NCBI RefSeq assembly: GCF_018350175.1
Contig: NC_058368.1
Coordinates: 154,258,001-154,322,000 of the forward strand
Origin: Felis catus
Lineage: Eukaryota
Reading direction: 5' to 3'
DNA: 64,000 nt
Part shown: in pieces, positions 12,278 through 26,048 of the stretch
Position numbering within the stretch: the first letter of the stretch is position 1
Layout: every line of letters begins with the position of its first letter
Notes under the pieces: generated by a model
Databases searched by the model: none
What the model was told of the DNA's origin: nothing
What the model saw: the letters and a program-made list of their open reading frames with translations, nothing else
Translations under genes and position numbers: made by a program

Positions 12278-13399
12278 ATAATGAAATTATTTTTAAAGTT
12301 AGTTGATAGGCATTCCTAACCACCCAAGTAATTATGTAATGAGAAGTAGATTAAGGAACTTAAATTATTCAAAGGGTTTGGTAAGATTTCAGCTACCTTT
12401 AGAAAAATTTTACACCAATATACTACTCAAGCTTACATGTAGCTTTAGTTCATCATTCGCAGATATCACTACTGAATGCCAGGTCTCAGTATCGTCAGAG
12501 TTCATGATTAAATGATGTAACATTCTTTTCCACGTGGGCTGATCTTCTACCCGATAGTGGCTCTGGGAGTAAGGCACTAGAAATGGGTATCTATTAAGTT
12601 TTATTGACTATTCATAAAAGCTTATAATAACCACCTGGATCCTGTAAACTGCACAGTGGGTGTTCAACCATATTTACCATCAAGTCTGTAAACAATATGT
12701 ATACTTTAATTTCAGGTTAACTAGCAAAAATTATTACTCCAAGATTGTACAACCTTAGTGTTCAAAGCCAATATTAACAAAAGGCACAGGAAACCAAGGA
12801 AATAGTATACACTTACTTTTGGATCTTTGAAAATAAATAGCATTGTTTTGGAAGCCCAGACACTTTAAAGATATTATTCATTTCCATTTTCCCTTTGACA
12901 AAAGCAAGGAGTTCCAGCCTTCCATAGAAACCATCTTAATAGAATGAATATGGAATAATCCTTTCTTTTTAAGTTCAGGTGTTTATATAAGACTCACTGT
13001 ACTCCAAGTGTCAAAAGATAAGAATGCGGTTATAATAAAATTTTCAAAATGGTAACAATCAAGACTTTCATCTAATATCAGTTAAACATGCATCAAATAT
13101 TTTATTTAACTCTTTCATTGTGGGAATTACTAACATGTTACAAACTGTTGGAATGAGAATCTGACTTAGATTTATTAGTATTGAACAGTGTTTATTTACA
13201 TTGTCATGAACAGAAATCAGTTGTATTATCAGTTTTCTGCAATTTAATTTTTATACCATATGTCAAACACAAATAAAAACGCGCATGTCTATAGAATCAG
13301 ATAATCCCCAGAGACTCCAACAGTCAAAGCAATCATTTCATTGAAAGGATAATCAGTAATATCTTTTGTCCTTTTCTAAGTTTGATGGTTTTTCTTGAC

Positions 13400-13485
13400 A
13401 ACCTTGTCTATTCACTGCTTATATAACCAGCACATTGGATTGTGCTTTGTTCTTTGTATGTAATTAATATTTATTGAATGAATAG
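13400..13485 (+). mobile_element. L2 3' end remnant
   Basis: cttgtctattcactgct..ccagcaca..aatatttattgaatgaata, typical of an L2 tail. Confidence 0.5.
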
Positions 13486-15351
13486 GTGAAAAAATTCAAA
13501 GAAACTAGATAACACTTTTCCAAAACAAATGAAAAATCCAAACAAGCAAAGTAAACTACTTTTAGAATGTACAAATTATTTTAGTGGTCATTTATCTCAA
13601 ATATCAGGTATGGAATATATTATAATTGTAATGTACATATATATGTTAGAATAAGCAGTACAAAACTTTGGCTCAGTTAGCAATTGTATTATTATGTCAA
13701 GTCTTTAACTGACAGAATTTCTCCAAGTCCATGGTTTATATTACACTAACAGTAATATTCCTGGTCAGAAATCTTAGCCCATCTCCTGTTTTCCTTTTTC
13801 TGAGTACCAGAGCCTTTGAGGTCAAATGCAGTCAGATCCTTTCAAATGGGCAGTTTTTCTTCAAAAAGCTCAAACAATTTTGCATTGAACTTTCATTTCT
13901 TAATTAGAGAAATCAAAAGACAAGGGAGACGGGAGCAAGAGGAAAATAAGATCAAGTAGTGGGAAATGAAGGCTTATTGATTAAAGTTTAATCAGAAAGT
14001 TTCTCTGTACTTTTCCCTTTAGTGCTCTTCTGGAGATAACTCAATACTTTGGATACTAAATAAATTCACAACACAAGTTCAATTGAAGTTCTTTTATTAT
14101 AGATTTGACAAAGTCACTTAAAGGTAGATTTTATAAACTGAAAATTGACAAAGTAAGTGAATGCAGACAAAACACACATTTGACATCAAGCACTTACCTA
14201 ACAAAATGTCTAAGTGTATGTAATTCAAGTGAATGCATTAAGGTTGGGTTTTGAAGTTGAATTCGAATGTCCATCCATTTGAATACATTTTTTAAATCAA
14301 CAAAGGTAATGCTTTGTGATGGGTACTTTTAATATAATAAATATAATAATTTTCAGGATTTGTAGTTGCTGATTCAAAAGTATTGTCTAAATCTATCCAT
14401 GTTATAGGATAGTACTATATATTTAAAGATCGCACCCCCCAGGGATGTAATATGATTTAACTAGACTTTTCAGAGAGATATGATATATTATCTTCTTTGA
14501 AAATGCTGCATAATGATCATTATTCACTAACTGTCTTATATACTACATCATAGAGAGGGAGAGTTAAGTATGAATTACTATTCAGATTCGTTAAATGATG
14601 AAGAGTTGGTGAATAAAAGTGGTAGATAGAACTTTTCAAAAGCAAATCTTCCTTTAATGCAGGTAAATAAAGTTTTGAAGAGGATATTTACAAGTGGGAA
14701 ATGAAATAGAAACTTTGTATCATGACATAACAATGATACCCTGTTCTTTTATTTGTAGAATGTTAGAAATAACTTTTCCATTTCGATCATCAGGAGCACT
14801 TAGTATTCATAATAAAACGTCAAACAACCTTGTGAAGAGACAAAAGACCATAAAAGGAGTCCTTTGCACATTGATTTTTATAAAAGCATCTTTCCTGTTG
14901 AATCGATAGATGCATAAAGGAATAAAAGACAATTGATTTTAGAGTATGGAAAGGGAGTTTATGAAGACTGTGGTCTCCAACTGCAGTATATCACTATTCC
15001 TTTGGGCATTTTTGCAGGGATTTAGGTGTTAAATGAAATTCTTTTGAAATTTTGAGTTAATCAGTGTCTTATATGAATGTTATTGCATTCGACTACTTAC
15101 TTGAGTCATAACTATAACTTAAACTTTGGTTAGATGTAGAAAATGGGATTTGGGGAAAGAATAAAGAGTCTACGTTGTATTCAGAATTTTCAGAGCACTT
15201 GAGATCATGTGTCTTTGGAAATAATTTTGAAATAGGGATAAGGTTTAAGGGATAAACTAAAATTGTATTATATCTATAATGGTTGAAATAAATTATATGA
15301 ATTATATTACTTAAAAGATTCATGTAAGAATTTATTACATTTGCAAAATTT

Positions 15352-15378
15352 ATATATATGTATACACACATATATAAA

Positions 15379-15434
<56 letters not shown>

Positions 15435-15619
15435 GAGAAAGACAGAGACAGCACAAGTGGGGGAGGGGCAGAGAGAGAGGAAGAGACAGAATCCCAAGGA
15501 GGCTTCACACTGCCAGTGCAGAGCCCAACGTGGAGCTCAAACCCATGAAGCTATGAGATCATGACCTGAGCCAAAACTAAGAGTTAGAGGCTTAACTGAC
15601 TGAGCCACCCAGGCACCCC
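15352..15619 (-). mobile_element. CAN-SINE whose tail is a (TA)n microsatellite
   Basis: SINE body 15431-15619; TA repeats at 15352-15430 occupy the tail position. Confidence 0.93.
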
Positions 15620-16482
15620 AATGAAAATTTTTAAACAAGAAAACAATCTTAGTCTATCATTAAAAAAAGGTTTTGTATTATCTCTGGTGGATTTGTAGTA
15701 ATTTGAAACATTTTCCTGGGCCCTTGAACATCAGCGGATGTTAGATGGGTGGATAGATAAATAGACGGGAAGGGGGAAGATGGATTGAGGTTTGATTAAT
15801 GAGAAAGTTTAATATTTGTTATTTGTATATTTCTTGACAAATGTGTTTAAAGAACCAAAACAATATTAGACTTTGTTGAATAGCAATTACACTTTACAGT
15901 ATTAAAGTCGAGATAAAGACCCATAAACCCTAAAATCTAAAAGTCATAAGCTACATTTATATTGGTCCCAGTTCCCTTACCTATATCTAACTTTGTGGGA
16001 TGTTCCATATGTATCCATTAGACTAAGTCACTTATACAAACACTAGATTCCAGATTAAAGAGGAAACAGGTGCCATTGACCCTCAATTACATTTATATTT
16101 TTGATTAATCAAATTGGTCATCTTTCTCCTAACATCTCTTCCTTCTACATGATTCCACATTTTGTGATGTTTCCTTGTGCCTCTTAGGCAAGCCTGTAGT
16201 AGTTTTTTGGGTAATTAATCCTCTGACATTCTGACTCTCATTTTATCCAAGCCAATTCCTTGGTGTTTTAAATCTTTGGCTTCTCAGTTTCATCTATTTC
16301 AATTGTATGCAATTCTCTACTAATCTTGTCTTGTTATGACTTTTACTGTGTATCACCTGAAGTTTGGCAGTTTAATTCATCTCCCCACCTCCAGTCTCAA
16401 CACATTTTAAACCTGCTAACATTTAGATATGATCAGGTTACGTCTCACCCCCTAAACCTTAAGGTTAATATTCACAGAGTAA

Positions 16483-16692
16483 TTTTTTTAATGTTTATTT
16501 ATTTTTGAGAGAGAGAAAGAGCACGCACCTGGATGGTATGCAAGCAGGGGAGGGGCAGAGATAGAGGGAGGCAAAGAATCTGAAGCAAGCCTCATGCTGT
16601 CAGCACCAAGACGGACATGGGGCTCAAACACAGGAACCTTGAGATCATGACCTGAGCCGAAGTCAGAGGCTCAACTGAGCCACCCAGGCACC
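16483..16692 (-). mobile_element. CAN-SINE
   Basis: tttaatgtttatttatttttgagagag...ctgagccacccaggcacc. Confidence 0.94.
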
Positions 16693-18329
16693 ACAGACAA
16701 TAAAATGTTTTGATGCACCATTGAAATTTCCCTAAGACCTGACCCTTTTATACATTTCTAGCTTTTTTTCCCTACTATACCCATTTGCTGTAAGTCCTAT
16801 TCTTAAACAATTCAATGGTCCTGGAATGGAATGTATTCTCTCTACCACAGGTTCAAAGAAAATGCTTTCATACTTATTAGCCTCAAAATCAAGCAGTGTA
16901 GTAATTTTAGAACTTAAGTTAATAAATAGATGAATTAAGGATACTGTGTGAAGAGAAAAAAATCTCTCTGGACATACATCTGTTTACCTTAACAATATAT
17001 ATTAGAAAATGCTAGACAAAGTTATGTAAAGCTAGTTCTCTTCTAAATTGCATAAGCCTATAAATGACTGATGACATGTAGATGACCCATCACCCAAATC
17101 ACTGAAAACTTTGAGTTGCAGGGCAAGATAAAAGTAATTAAGTATATGAGAAACAGGACAGGTGACTCTATTTATCTGTTAATTGTTCATATTACTTGAA
17201 TTAATATTTCATAACCGTTTTGGTAATTCTTCCTTTAAACAGTTTTTTAAAAATCATTAGAATTAGTAATGTAATACCCTCCATGAAATTTCACAAACTT
17301 TAAGAGATTTGAATTTTGAAAAAGTGAAACATACTCAAAAGATTTTTTTCATTTATGTTCTTTGTTGAGTAAAACAGTACCTTCAAAAAAATTTTTTTAA
17401 CAACTTGTTGTTTTTGTTAAATATATAAAACCATTTATTGACACGTTTGATGATGATTGAATATTTTGTCCAAAACAAGTAAAAAGAGCATAAACAGCTA
17501 TGACAATTTTAACATTATTCAAAATACAACATAAGAAAAAATAATGAAGTGTCAAAAAAAAAAAGGACTGAATAGGGAAGATATATCAGTGAGAGAAAAT
17601 ATTTTCAGTCTTCTTAGAATATTGCACATTGGAAAGAAAATAAAAGATTTGGAAAAAAATGACAGGATTCTTTTCAGAAAATGTTGAAAACTAGAAAAGG
17701 AAAACAAAAGAAGAAGAAAAATAATTGTCTTAAATTGTTTTTCTGTCTTAAACTGTCATGAAAACGTGAGAAGAGCAACCAAGGATTTTAAGCGACGTGA
17801 AGAAAATAAAGTAAGCTTGTTTTTAATGCATCAGAATCTTTGTTCTACATATTTTAATGAAGGAACAACTATTGTATAGTTTATTGTAGTTTATATTGGA
17901 CATAGATAAAATTTAAAGTTTTAAAAATTACAATACTTTCTACCATTTGTACCATTAGATTTAGACATAAGCTTTTATTTTCAAACTTGGAGTACAAGTT
18001 GGACGTGGAGCTTAAAATACTTTAAATTTGAAATATTTGCTACGAGGCTAATAGTAACATAAGATGATTCAAATCATATAAAATAATGGGCAAATATATG
18101 ACTTTAAAACACTGTTCAATTCTTCCAGATAAAGTCATATTTCTTGGTCAAATAGATAAATATAATGATAGTGTAACTAATATGAAAGCAATTTACACAT
18201 TTCAAATTTATATAGAAAGTGTGTCAGTTGGAAACTAAAATAAAATGTTGAAAACAATGTATTCACTATTTCACTTACGAAAATTTTGGGGGTCAGTATG
18301 TGGCAGGCACTGTGTTTTATACCAAGGAT

Positions 18330-18600
18330 GCCACCTCCCATGCACATGTGTGCTCACACATATCCATGTTATATATTTCGTATGCATACACACACACAGA
18401 AGTGCACATACGCAAATAAACACGTTTCATTTTTGCCCTCACATACTAACACTTGTATGCAGACATATTGGCATGCACAAACGTGCACATGCAAATGGAC
18501 ACAGGTTCATATACACTTAATATATATGCTTGTATCTACATACATATACTCATACATACACAAAAACTCTCAGCTACACAAAAATAAACAGGTGCACTCA
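18330..18600. repeat. Degenerate CA/CATG-rich low-complexity region
   Basis: Repeated cacat/gcaca/cacac motifs; source of the His/Thr-rich ORFs. Confidence 0.7.
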
Positions 18601-18937
18601 AAAAACCACAATTTGGATTAAGTACTACAATGGAATAAACACAGACTGAACTATGTATTCTATAAGCATAGTTCATTATATAGGCTAGTATTATCTGGAT
18701 CCATTAATAAATACCAGCATATTTTAAAATTAAAAAAAACAAACCAAAGTTTGTGTTTTATTTCTTTTGATTTCATGACACAAAATTGTCAAATTTGTCA
18801 TATTATATAATCTACATTGATCGAGTCGAATAAATTATAAAAAGTTAAGGAATTTTCAGTCTTATTTATAAAAAATGTTTAAAAGTACATTACATTACCT
18901 TTTTTTTTTCTCCACGTAAAAAGAAAACCCTCTGCTC

Positions 18938-19090
18938 AGGACGCTTAGGTGGCTCGGTCTGTTAGACATTGGATTCTTGATTTAGCTCAGGTCATGTTCT
19001 CACAGTTCATGAGATCAAGCCCTGCATCGGGCTCTGTGCTGACTGCACTTTCTCTCTAAAAATCAATAAATAAACCTAAAAAAAATAAAA
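18938..19090 (+). mobile_element. CAN-SINE with internal deletion
   Basis: Head ggtggctcggtctgtta...gggctctgtgctgac jumps to ctctctaaaaatcaataaataaa; most of the CT tract is missing. Confidence 0.88.
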
Positions 19091-19284
19091 CTCTGTGCTG
19101 ATGCATAGTATTTTTTCTTTGATCAATGCCCCAGGGTTAAACACCATTATTGTTTCAAAATTGAGGAGAAAATAGATATAATAAAAAGAACAGTTCATAC
19201 TCTCACCAATAACTTCATTGTGATAATAAACTTCATTATGATAACAGAAGTATTTGCAGTACTAGATTAAATAAGTCACCTTTA

Positions 19285-19666
19285 ACCAGTTGTCTTATGG
19301 GCTGCCATCAAAGTGCCACAAATTGGGTGTCTTAAACAACAGAAATTTGTTTTCTCAAAATTCTGGAGGATGGAAGTCTGAGAGCAAATTTTTGGCAAGG
19401 TTGATTTTCTCAGAAGTTCTTCTAGTTGGCTTTTTCCATTCCTGTTGGTTCTCTTCCTCTTGGTTTCTTGTGCTCTGCCCTCTGTGTAAGTCTGTATCCT
19501 AATATATTTTTATAAGAACATCACTGTATTGGATTATGGCCCACCCTAATCACTTCATCTTAGTGTAATTACCTCTTAAAAATGTCTAAGTATACTCACA
19601 TTCTGAAGCACTGGGGGTTAGGACTTCAACATATGAATTTGGGGGGAAACATTTCTGCTCATAACA
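19285..19666 (-). mobile_element. MLT1B/C-like MaLR solo LTR
   Basis: cttaaacaacagaaattt..ttctggaggatggaagtctgag..gggggttaggacttcaacatatgaatttggggg..cataaca. Confidence 0.85.
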
Positions 19667-20218
19667 CATTGGGTTTCAAAATATACTAACACTGTATATA
19701 GATCTAAATCCAGTCAGTTTAATTTTAAAAAGTAGATTACATTGTATCAAAATTATTCAAATTTTTCATTTTTTGAGCTTGTTTTGGAGTTCTACAGAGC
19801 CAAGTCAATGTATAATACGTTCAGTTGAGAATTTACATTAAGCATCTTGAAAATAATGAGGCAACTTATTTCACATTCAATAAGTTCTACTGATTCACAT
19901 CAGATATTGTTTTATTTTATTAACTCAAGTCCATACTTACATAAAGTTTCACTCTTTGTGTTGTACATTTCTGACATGTGCATGCTGTTATGTCTAGCAT
20001 TATAGCATCATATAGAATAGTTTTATTTTCCTAAAAATCTCTCGTGTTCCACCTATTCATCCCGCCTTCAAACCCTGGGAACCTCTAAGGTCTCTATATT
20101 TTTGGCTATTCCAGAATGTCGTATACTTGTAATCATATAGTATGTTTCTTAGATTGGGTTCTTTCATTTAGAAATATACATTTAAATTTCCTCTGTGTAT
20201 TTTCTTGCCTTGATAAAA

Positions 20219-20427
20219 TTTTTTTTAATGTTTGTTTATTTTTGAGAAAGAGACATGGAGTGTGAGCAGGGGAGGGGCAGAAAGAGTGGGAGACACAGAA
20301 TCTGAAGCAGGCTCCAGGCTCTGAGCTGTCAGCACAGACACCCAAGTAGGGCTCCAACTCACAAACCATGAGATCATGACCTGAGCCAAAGCCGGGTGCT
20401 TAACTGATTGGTCATCCAGGTGCCCCC
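20219..20427 (-). mobile_element. CAN-SINE nested in L1
   Basis: Full SINE body in reverse orientation. Confidence 0.94.
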
Positions 20428-20920
20428 ATCCATTTACCTTTTGAAGGACATTTTTGTTGCTTCCAGTTTTTAGTGATTATGAATAAAGCTGCTATAAACA
20501 TTTGTGTACAGGTTCTTGGGTGGACATTAAGGTTTCTACTCAATTGATTAAATTACTCAGGAGCCTAATTTCTGGCTTTTATGATAAGTCGATATTTAGC
20601 TTTGTAAGAATCTGCAAAACTGTCTTTGAAAGTGGCTGTGCCATTGTTCATTTTTACCAGAAACAGATGAGAGTTTCCATTGCTCCATGTAATAACCAAT
20701 ATTTGGTATTATCGGTGCTTTGGAATTTAGCCATTCTAATAGATTTGTACTGATAGCTTATTGTTTTCATTTTCAGTTCCCTATGAAATGATTTTTAAAG
20801 CATACTTTATATGTTTTTCATTCTATATTTTCTTTGGTGAGGTATCTGTTCAGATTTTTTGTCTACTTTTTAGTTGTTTCATCACTGTTGTTTTCTTCTT
20901 GTTTTTAAAGAGTTCTCTTT

Positions 20921-21143
20921 GGGGCGCCTGGGTGGCGCAGTCGGTTAAGCATCCGACTTCAGCCAGGTCACGATCTCGCGGTCCGTGAGTTCGAGCCCCG
21001 CGTCAGGCTCTGGGCTGATGGCTCGGAGCCTGGAGCCTGTTTCCGATTCTGTGTCTCCCTCTCTCTCTGCCCCTCCCCCGTTCATGCTCTGTCTCTCTCT
21101 GTCCCAAAAATAAATAAACGTTGAAAAAAAAAATAAAAAAAAA
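20921..21143 (+). mobile_element. Young CpG-rich SINEC_Fc
   Basis: ggggcgcctgggtggcgcagtcgg..; perfect TSD taaagagttctcttt at 20906-20920 and 21144-21158. Confidence 0.97.
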
Positions 21144-21158
21144 TAAAGAGTTCTCTTT

Positions 21159-21376
21159 TTTCCATTTTTTAAGTTTGTTTGCTTGCTTATTTATTTATTC
21201 AGAGAACACAAGTGAGTAGGGGAAGGGCAGAGAGAGAGTGAGAGAGAGAATCACAAACAGCCTCTGCACTGTTAACACAGAGCCTGACAGGGGGCTTGGA
21301 TCCAAGAACTGTGAGATTATGACCTGAGTTGAAATCAGAGTCTGATGCTTAACTGACTGAGCCACCCAGGCACCCC
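21159..21376 (-). mobile_element. Older CAN-SINE, tail-to-tail with the previous copy
   Basis: Diverged SINE body followed by taaagagttcttt at 21377-21389. Confidence 0.94.
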
Positions 21377-22585
21377 TAAAGAGTTCTTTATATATTTTGG
21401 ATACAAATCTTATATCAGATCTGTGTTTATAATTATTTTTTCCTATTCTGTGACATATGTATTCAGTCTGTTGACATTGCTTTTCATGGAGTAGATTTTT
21501 TTTATCTTAATAAAGTCCAATTTACTGATTTTTTTATAGGTCATACTCTTGTTATTGTATCTAAAAAACTCATCACCAATCCTATGGTCATGTACATTTC
21601 CCTTATGAAATTTTTATTGTTTGTATTTCACATTTAGATTTATATCTCATTTTGACTCAATTTTTGTGAAATGTGTTAAGATGAGTTCTATATCTAGATT
21701 CTTGTTTTCTGTTTTTCTTTTTCTTTTTTGGTTTATGGTTGTCCAGTTGTTCCAGTATCACTGGTTGTAAAGAATATAATTTCCTCATGGAATTGACTTG
21801 GTTACTTGGTCAAATATTGGTGACTGTATTTGGATAACTTGATTTCTAGCTCTTTGTTCTATTGAGCTAATTGTCTATTATTTTCTTATTCCACATTATC
21901 TTAATTATTAGAGGTTTCTGGTAGGTGTTGAGATTTGTCATTGTAAGTCCTCCAACTTCAGTCTTTTCTAATCTAGGTCTTTTAACTTTGCATATAAACT
22001 TTAGATAAACTTAGAATTATTTTATCGGTATACAGGAAGTCATCTACTCAGTTTTTGGTTGGTATTGTATTGATTGTGTATATCAAGTTGAGAAGAAATG
22101 TTGTCTTACAAATATTGAGTCTTTTTATCTTGGAACTTTGAATAACTTTCTACATACATAGTTTGTTTAAAATATATATTTTTATTTATATATATTTGTA
22201 CATTTCTGTATTTTATTTAATTTTTTATTTCTTTCATCAGAGTTTTTAGTTTTCCTCATATAGATTTTAAACATATTTTATTAGAGTTATAACAAAATAT
22301 TTCACTTTAATAATTTTAATGCAAGTTATGGGCTTTAAATTTCACTGTTGATACAGAGAAAAAACATGGGCTTTTGCTTATTAACCTTGTATCTTTGAAA
22401 CTTGCTATACTCATTTATTAATTTTTTTTGTCAGTTTGGTATTTTGCTTAACATAGACAATTGGATCGCCTGTGAACAAAAACAGTCTCATTTCTTCCTT
22501 CCCCATCTGTGTTCTTATGAATTTCTTTTTCTTGTCTTACTGCATGAGCTAGGATTTTCAGTACAATGTTTAATAAGAATAGTGA

Positions 22586-22790
22586 GGGGCGCCTGGGTGG
22601 CGCAGTCGGTTGAGCGTCTGACTTCAGCCAGGTCACGATCTCGCGGTCCGTGAGTTCGAGCCCCGCGTCAGGCTCTGGGCTGATGGCTCAGAGCCTGGAG
22701 CCTGTTTCCGATTCTGTGTCTCCCTCTCTCTCTGCCCCTCCCCCGTTCATGCTCTGTCTCTCTCTGTCCCAAAAATAAAAAAATAAAAAA
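22586..22790 (+). mobile_element. Young CpG-rich SINEC_Fc
   Basis: Nearly identical to the 20921 copy; TSD aatagtgag at 22578-22586 and 22791-22799. Confidence 0.97.
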
Positions 22791-25700
22791 AATAGTGAGA
22801 AAAGATATTACCTTGTTCCCGATGTTAATGGAAAATCATCTACTGTCTCACCATTAAATAGGATGTTACCTGTAAGTTTTTATAGATGTTCTCTATCAAG
22901 TTGAGGAAGTTACTCTATATTCAGTTTGCTAGGAGTTTTTATCATGTATGGGTGTATGGATGTTGGATTTTATCAAACACTTTTACTGTATCTGCTAACA
23001 TAATCATACGATTTTTTTTAGCCTGTTGATGTGATGGATTTTGTTAATTTATTTTCTATTGAGCCAGCCTTGTATACCTGAAAGAAGCCTCACTTGTCTG
23101 TGGTGTATAATTCTTTCTATACATTGTTGGATTGTTTGCTTACAATTTGTTGAAGATTTTTACATCCACGTGCATAAGAGATACTGGCTTATCATCTGTC
23201 ATTTCTTACAATGTCGTTACCTAGTTTTGGTATTAGAATAAGTTTCACCTCATTGAATGAGTTAGGAAATTTCTTCTCTGCCTCTGTTTTTTGGAAGAGA
23301 TTGTAGAGAATTATCATTTCTTTCTTAAACAGTTTATAGATTTCAGAGGTAAAACTATGTTTGCTTTTTGGTTTCTATTGCAAGGTTATAAGTTTTTGTT
23401 TCAATATATTGGATATGGGCTTACTCAAATTACTAATTTCTCCATGTGTGAGTTGGGTGAATCATATCTTTCAAGTATAAAATACAGTATTGTTAACAAC
23501 AGTTAAAGTGTTGTACATTGGATATCCAGAGCTTACTCATAATTGAAGGTTTGTACCTTCTGAGTAACATTTACTAAACTATTCTTGCCCCGCTGGCAAC
23601 CACCATTCTTCTGTTTCTATGAGTTTATTTTTCATAGTTAAGATACACAAATATGATACAACACAGTATTTGTCTGTGACTGGCTTATTCACTTAGCATA
23701 ATATCCCCCAGGTTCATCAATGTTGTTTCCTACTTTTTCGAAGGTCAAATAATATTCCATTGTGTCTGTGTGAATGTATGAATATGTACAGATTCACAAA
23801 TGTGTATAAAGATGCATATAAATAGTATGTGCATACATCTTGTGTGTATATATCATATACGATATAATCACATTTTCTTTATTCATTCATCTGTCAGTGG
23901 ACAATTGTTTCAATATTAAGTCTTTTGAGAATAATGCTGCAGTGAATCTAGGAGTGCACCTATCTCTTCCAGATAATAATTTCATTTCTTTTGGATATAT
24001 ACACAGGAGTCGGATTGCTGGATCATAAGTTCTATTTTTAACTTTCTGAGGAAGATCCATATTTTTTATCATAACGGCTGTACCAAACTTAGATCCTCAC
24101 TGAAGTATGAAGACTTCCCTCCTCTCCACATCCCTTCCAATTCTTTTCTGTTGTCTTTCTGATGACAGACATCTTAACAGGTGAAGAGACCTGTCAGGTC
24201 TCATCTCATTGTGGCTTTATTTGCAGTTCCATGATGATTAGTGATATTGAGCATCATTTCAGATTCCTTTCAGTCATTTGTATGCCTTTTTTGAAAAATT
24301 ATCTATTTAGGTCTTTTTCCATTTTTTTAAATTGGGTTATTTTATTTTATTGTATTGGCTATTGAATTGTAAAAGTCCCTTATATCTTTAGGCTATTACT
24401 ACCTTATCAGGTATATGATATGCAAACATTTTCTTCCATTCTGTGGGTTGCATTTTCATTTTGTTGATTTCCCTTTGCTGTGCAGAGACTTCTTAGTTGG
24501 ATGTAGTCCCATTTGTCTCTTCTTTAGTTGATTCTACTTTTGGGCTCATAAACAAAAAAAAAATATTGCCTAGAACAATGTTACAAATCTTTTTCCCTAG
24601 GTTATCTTCTAATTTCATTATGGTATCCTTTTACATTTAAATCTTTATTCCATTTTGAGTTGTTTTTATATATACAATGAGGTAGGAGTCCAATTTCTTT
24701 CTTCTGCATGTAGAAATCCAAACATTTATTGAAGAAACATTCCTTTCCCATTGTGTGCTCCTTGTTCTTGACAACTTTGTCAAAGGTGAATTGACTATAA
24801 ATGCATAGATTTATTTCAGGAATATCTATTCCACTCCATTGAACTCTGTGTTTGTTTTTATGCCCGTATCATACTGTTTTGATTACTTTAGCTTTATAAT
24901 ATATTGAAATCAGAAAGTCTCATGCATCTAGCTTTGTTCATCTTGCTCAAGATTAAATAAGCTTTGGGGATATGTAACATTAAATACAAATTTTAGTATT
25001 TTTCCCCCTTTTTCTGTGAAAAATTCCATTGGAATTTTGAGAGGGATTACATTGAATCTCTAAATTACTTTGGACAACATGGATATTTTGACAATAAAAA
25101 TTCTTCCAGTTAACGAACATGAAATATCTTTTCATTTGTGTCTTCGATTTCTTTTACCAATGTTTTATACTTTGTGATGTGCCAATCTTTTACTTCCTTG
25201 ATTTATTGCTAAGAGTTTTTTCAATGCTATTGTAATTGACATGGTTTTCTTAAATTTTTTTGATACTTTGTTGCTATTGTGCAGAAATGGCACATATTTT
25301 TCTATTTTGATTATGTATCTGGAAACTGTTGAATTTGTTTATGAATTCTGTTTTTTTTTTGCTGGAATATTGAGTACTTTATATAAGATGATGTCTGTAA
25401 ACATTTTTACTTTTTTCCATTCTTATTTGATTCCCTTTTATTTCTTCAATTGATTAATTTCTCTAAGTAGGACTCCCAGTACTGTGTTGAATAACAAGTG
25501 CTAAGAGTGGACATCCTTGTCTCGTTCCTAATCTTAGAGGAAGAACTAGCAGGTTTTCACCGTTGAGTACGATGTTAGTGATGGGCTTGTCATATACAGC
25601 CTTTTATATGTTGAGATACATTTATTCTATACCTAATTTATTGAAGATTTTAATCACTAAAGGATGTTAAATTTTGTCAAGTGCTTTTTCTGCGCTTATT

Positions 25701-26048
25701 GAAATAATCATGATTTTTATCTTTCATTTTGTTAATATTACATATCACATTAATTGATTTACAGATGTTTAATCACTCTTATAAGAATGATTTCCCAAGG
25801 TGAAATTCTACTTGATCATGGTCTCTGATCCTTTTAATGTGTTGTGAATTTGGCTTCCTGATATTCTATTGAGAATATTTGCATCTGTGTTCACTAAGAG
25901 TATTTGCTTGTATTATCTTTTCATGTAGCGAGCGTCCTCTGGATTTGGTATTGGTAATTTGAAACATATTAAAATGAATTTGGATGTGTTCTCTCTTCAG
26001 TTTTTTCTGGAGGTGTTTAAAAAGGATTGACACAAATTCTCTTTAAAA

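Larger units (their letters stand above)
19900..23470 (-). mobile_element. Old LINE-1 (L1MC1-like) 3'UTR and ORF2, with four nested SINEs
   Basis: T-rich antisense L1 from the 3'UTR through RT-region sequence (tctctatcaagttgaggaagtt, gagccagccttg). Confidence 0.85.

Noticed and set aside
14575..14668. Exon-like segment from ttcag/ to gcag/gtaaat
   Set aside because: All frames closed and the polypyrimidine tract is weak
18245..18621. His/Thr-rich ORFs
   Set aside because: Products of CA-rich low-complexity sequence
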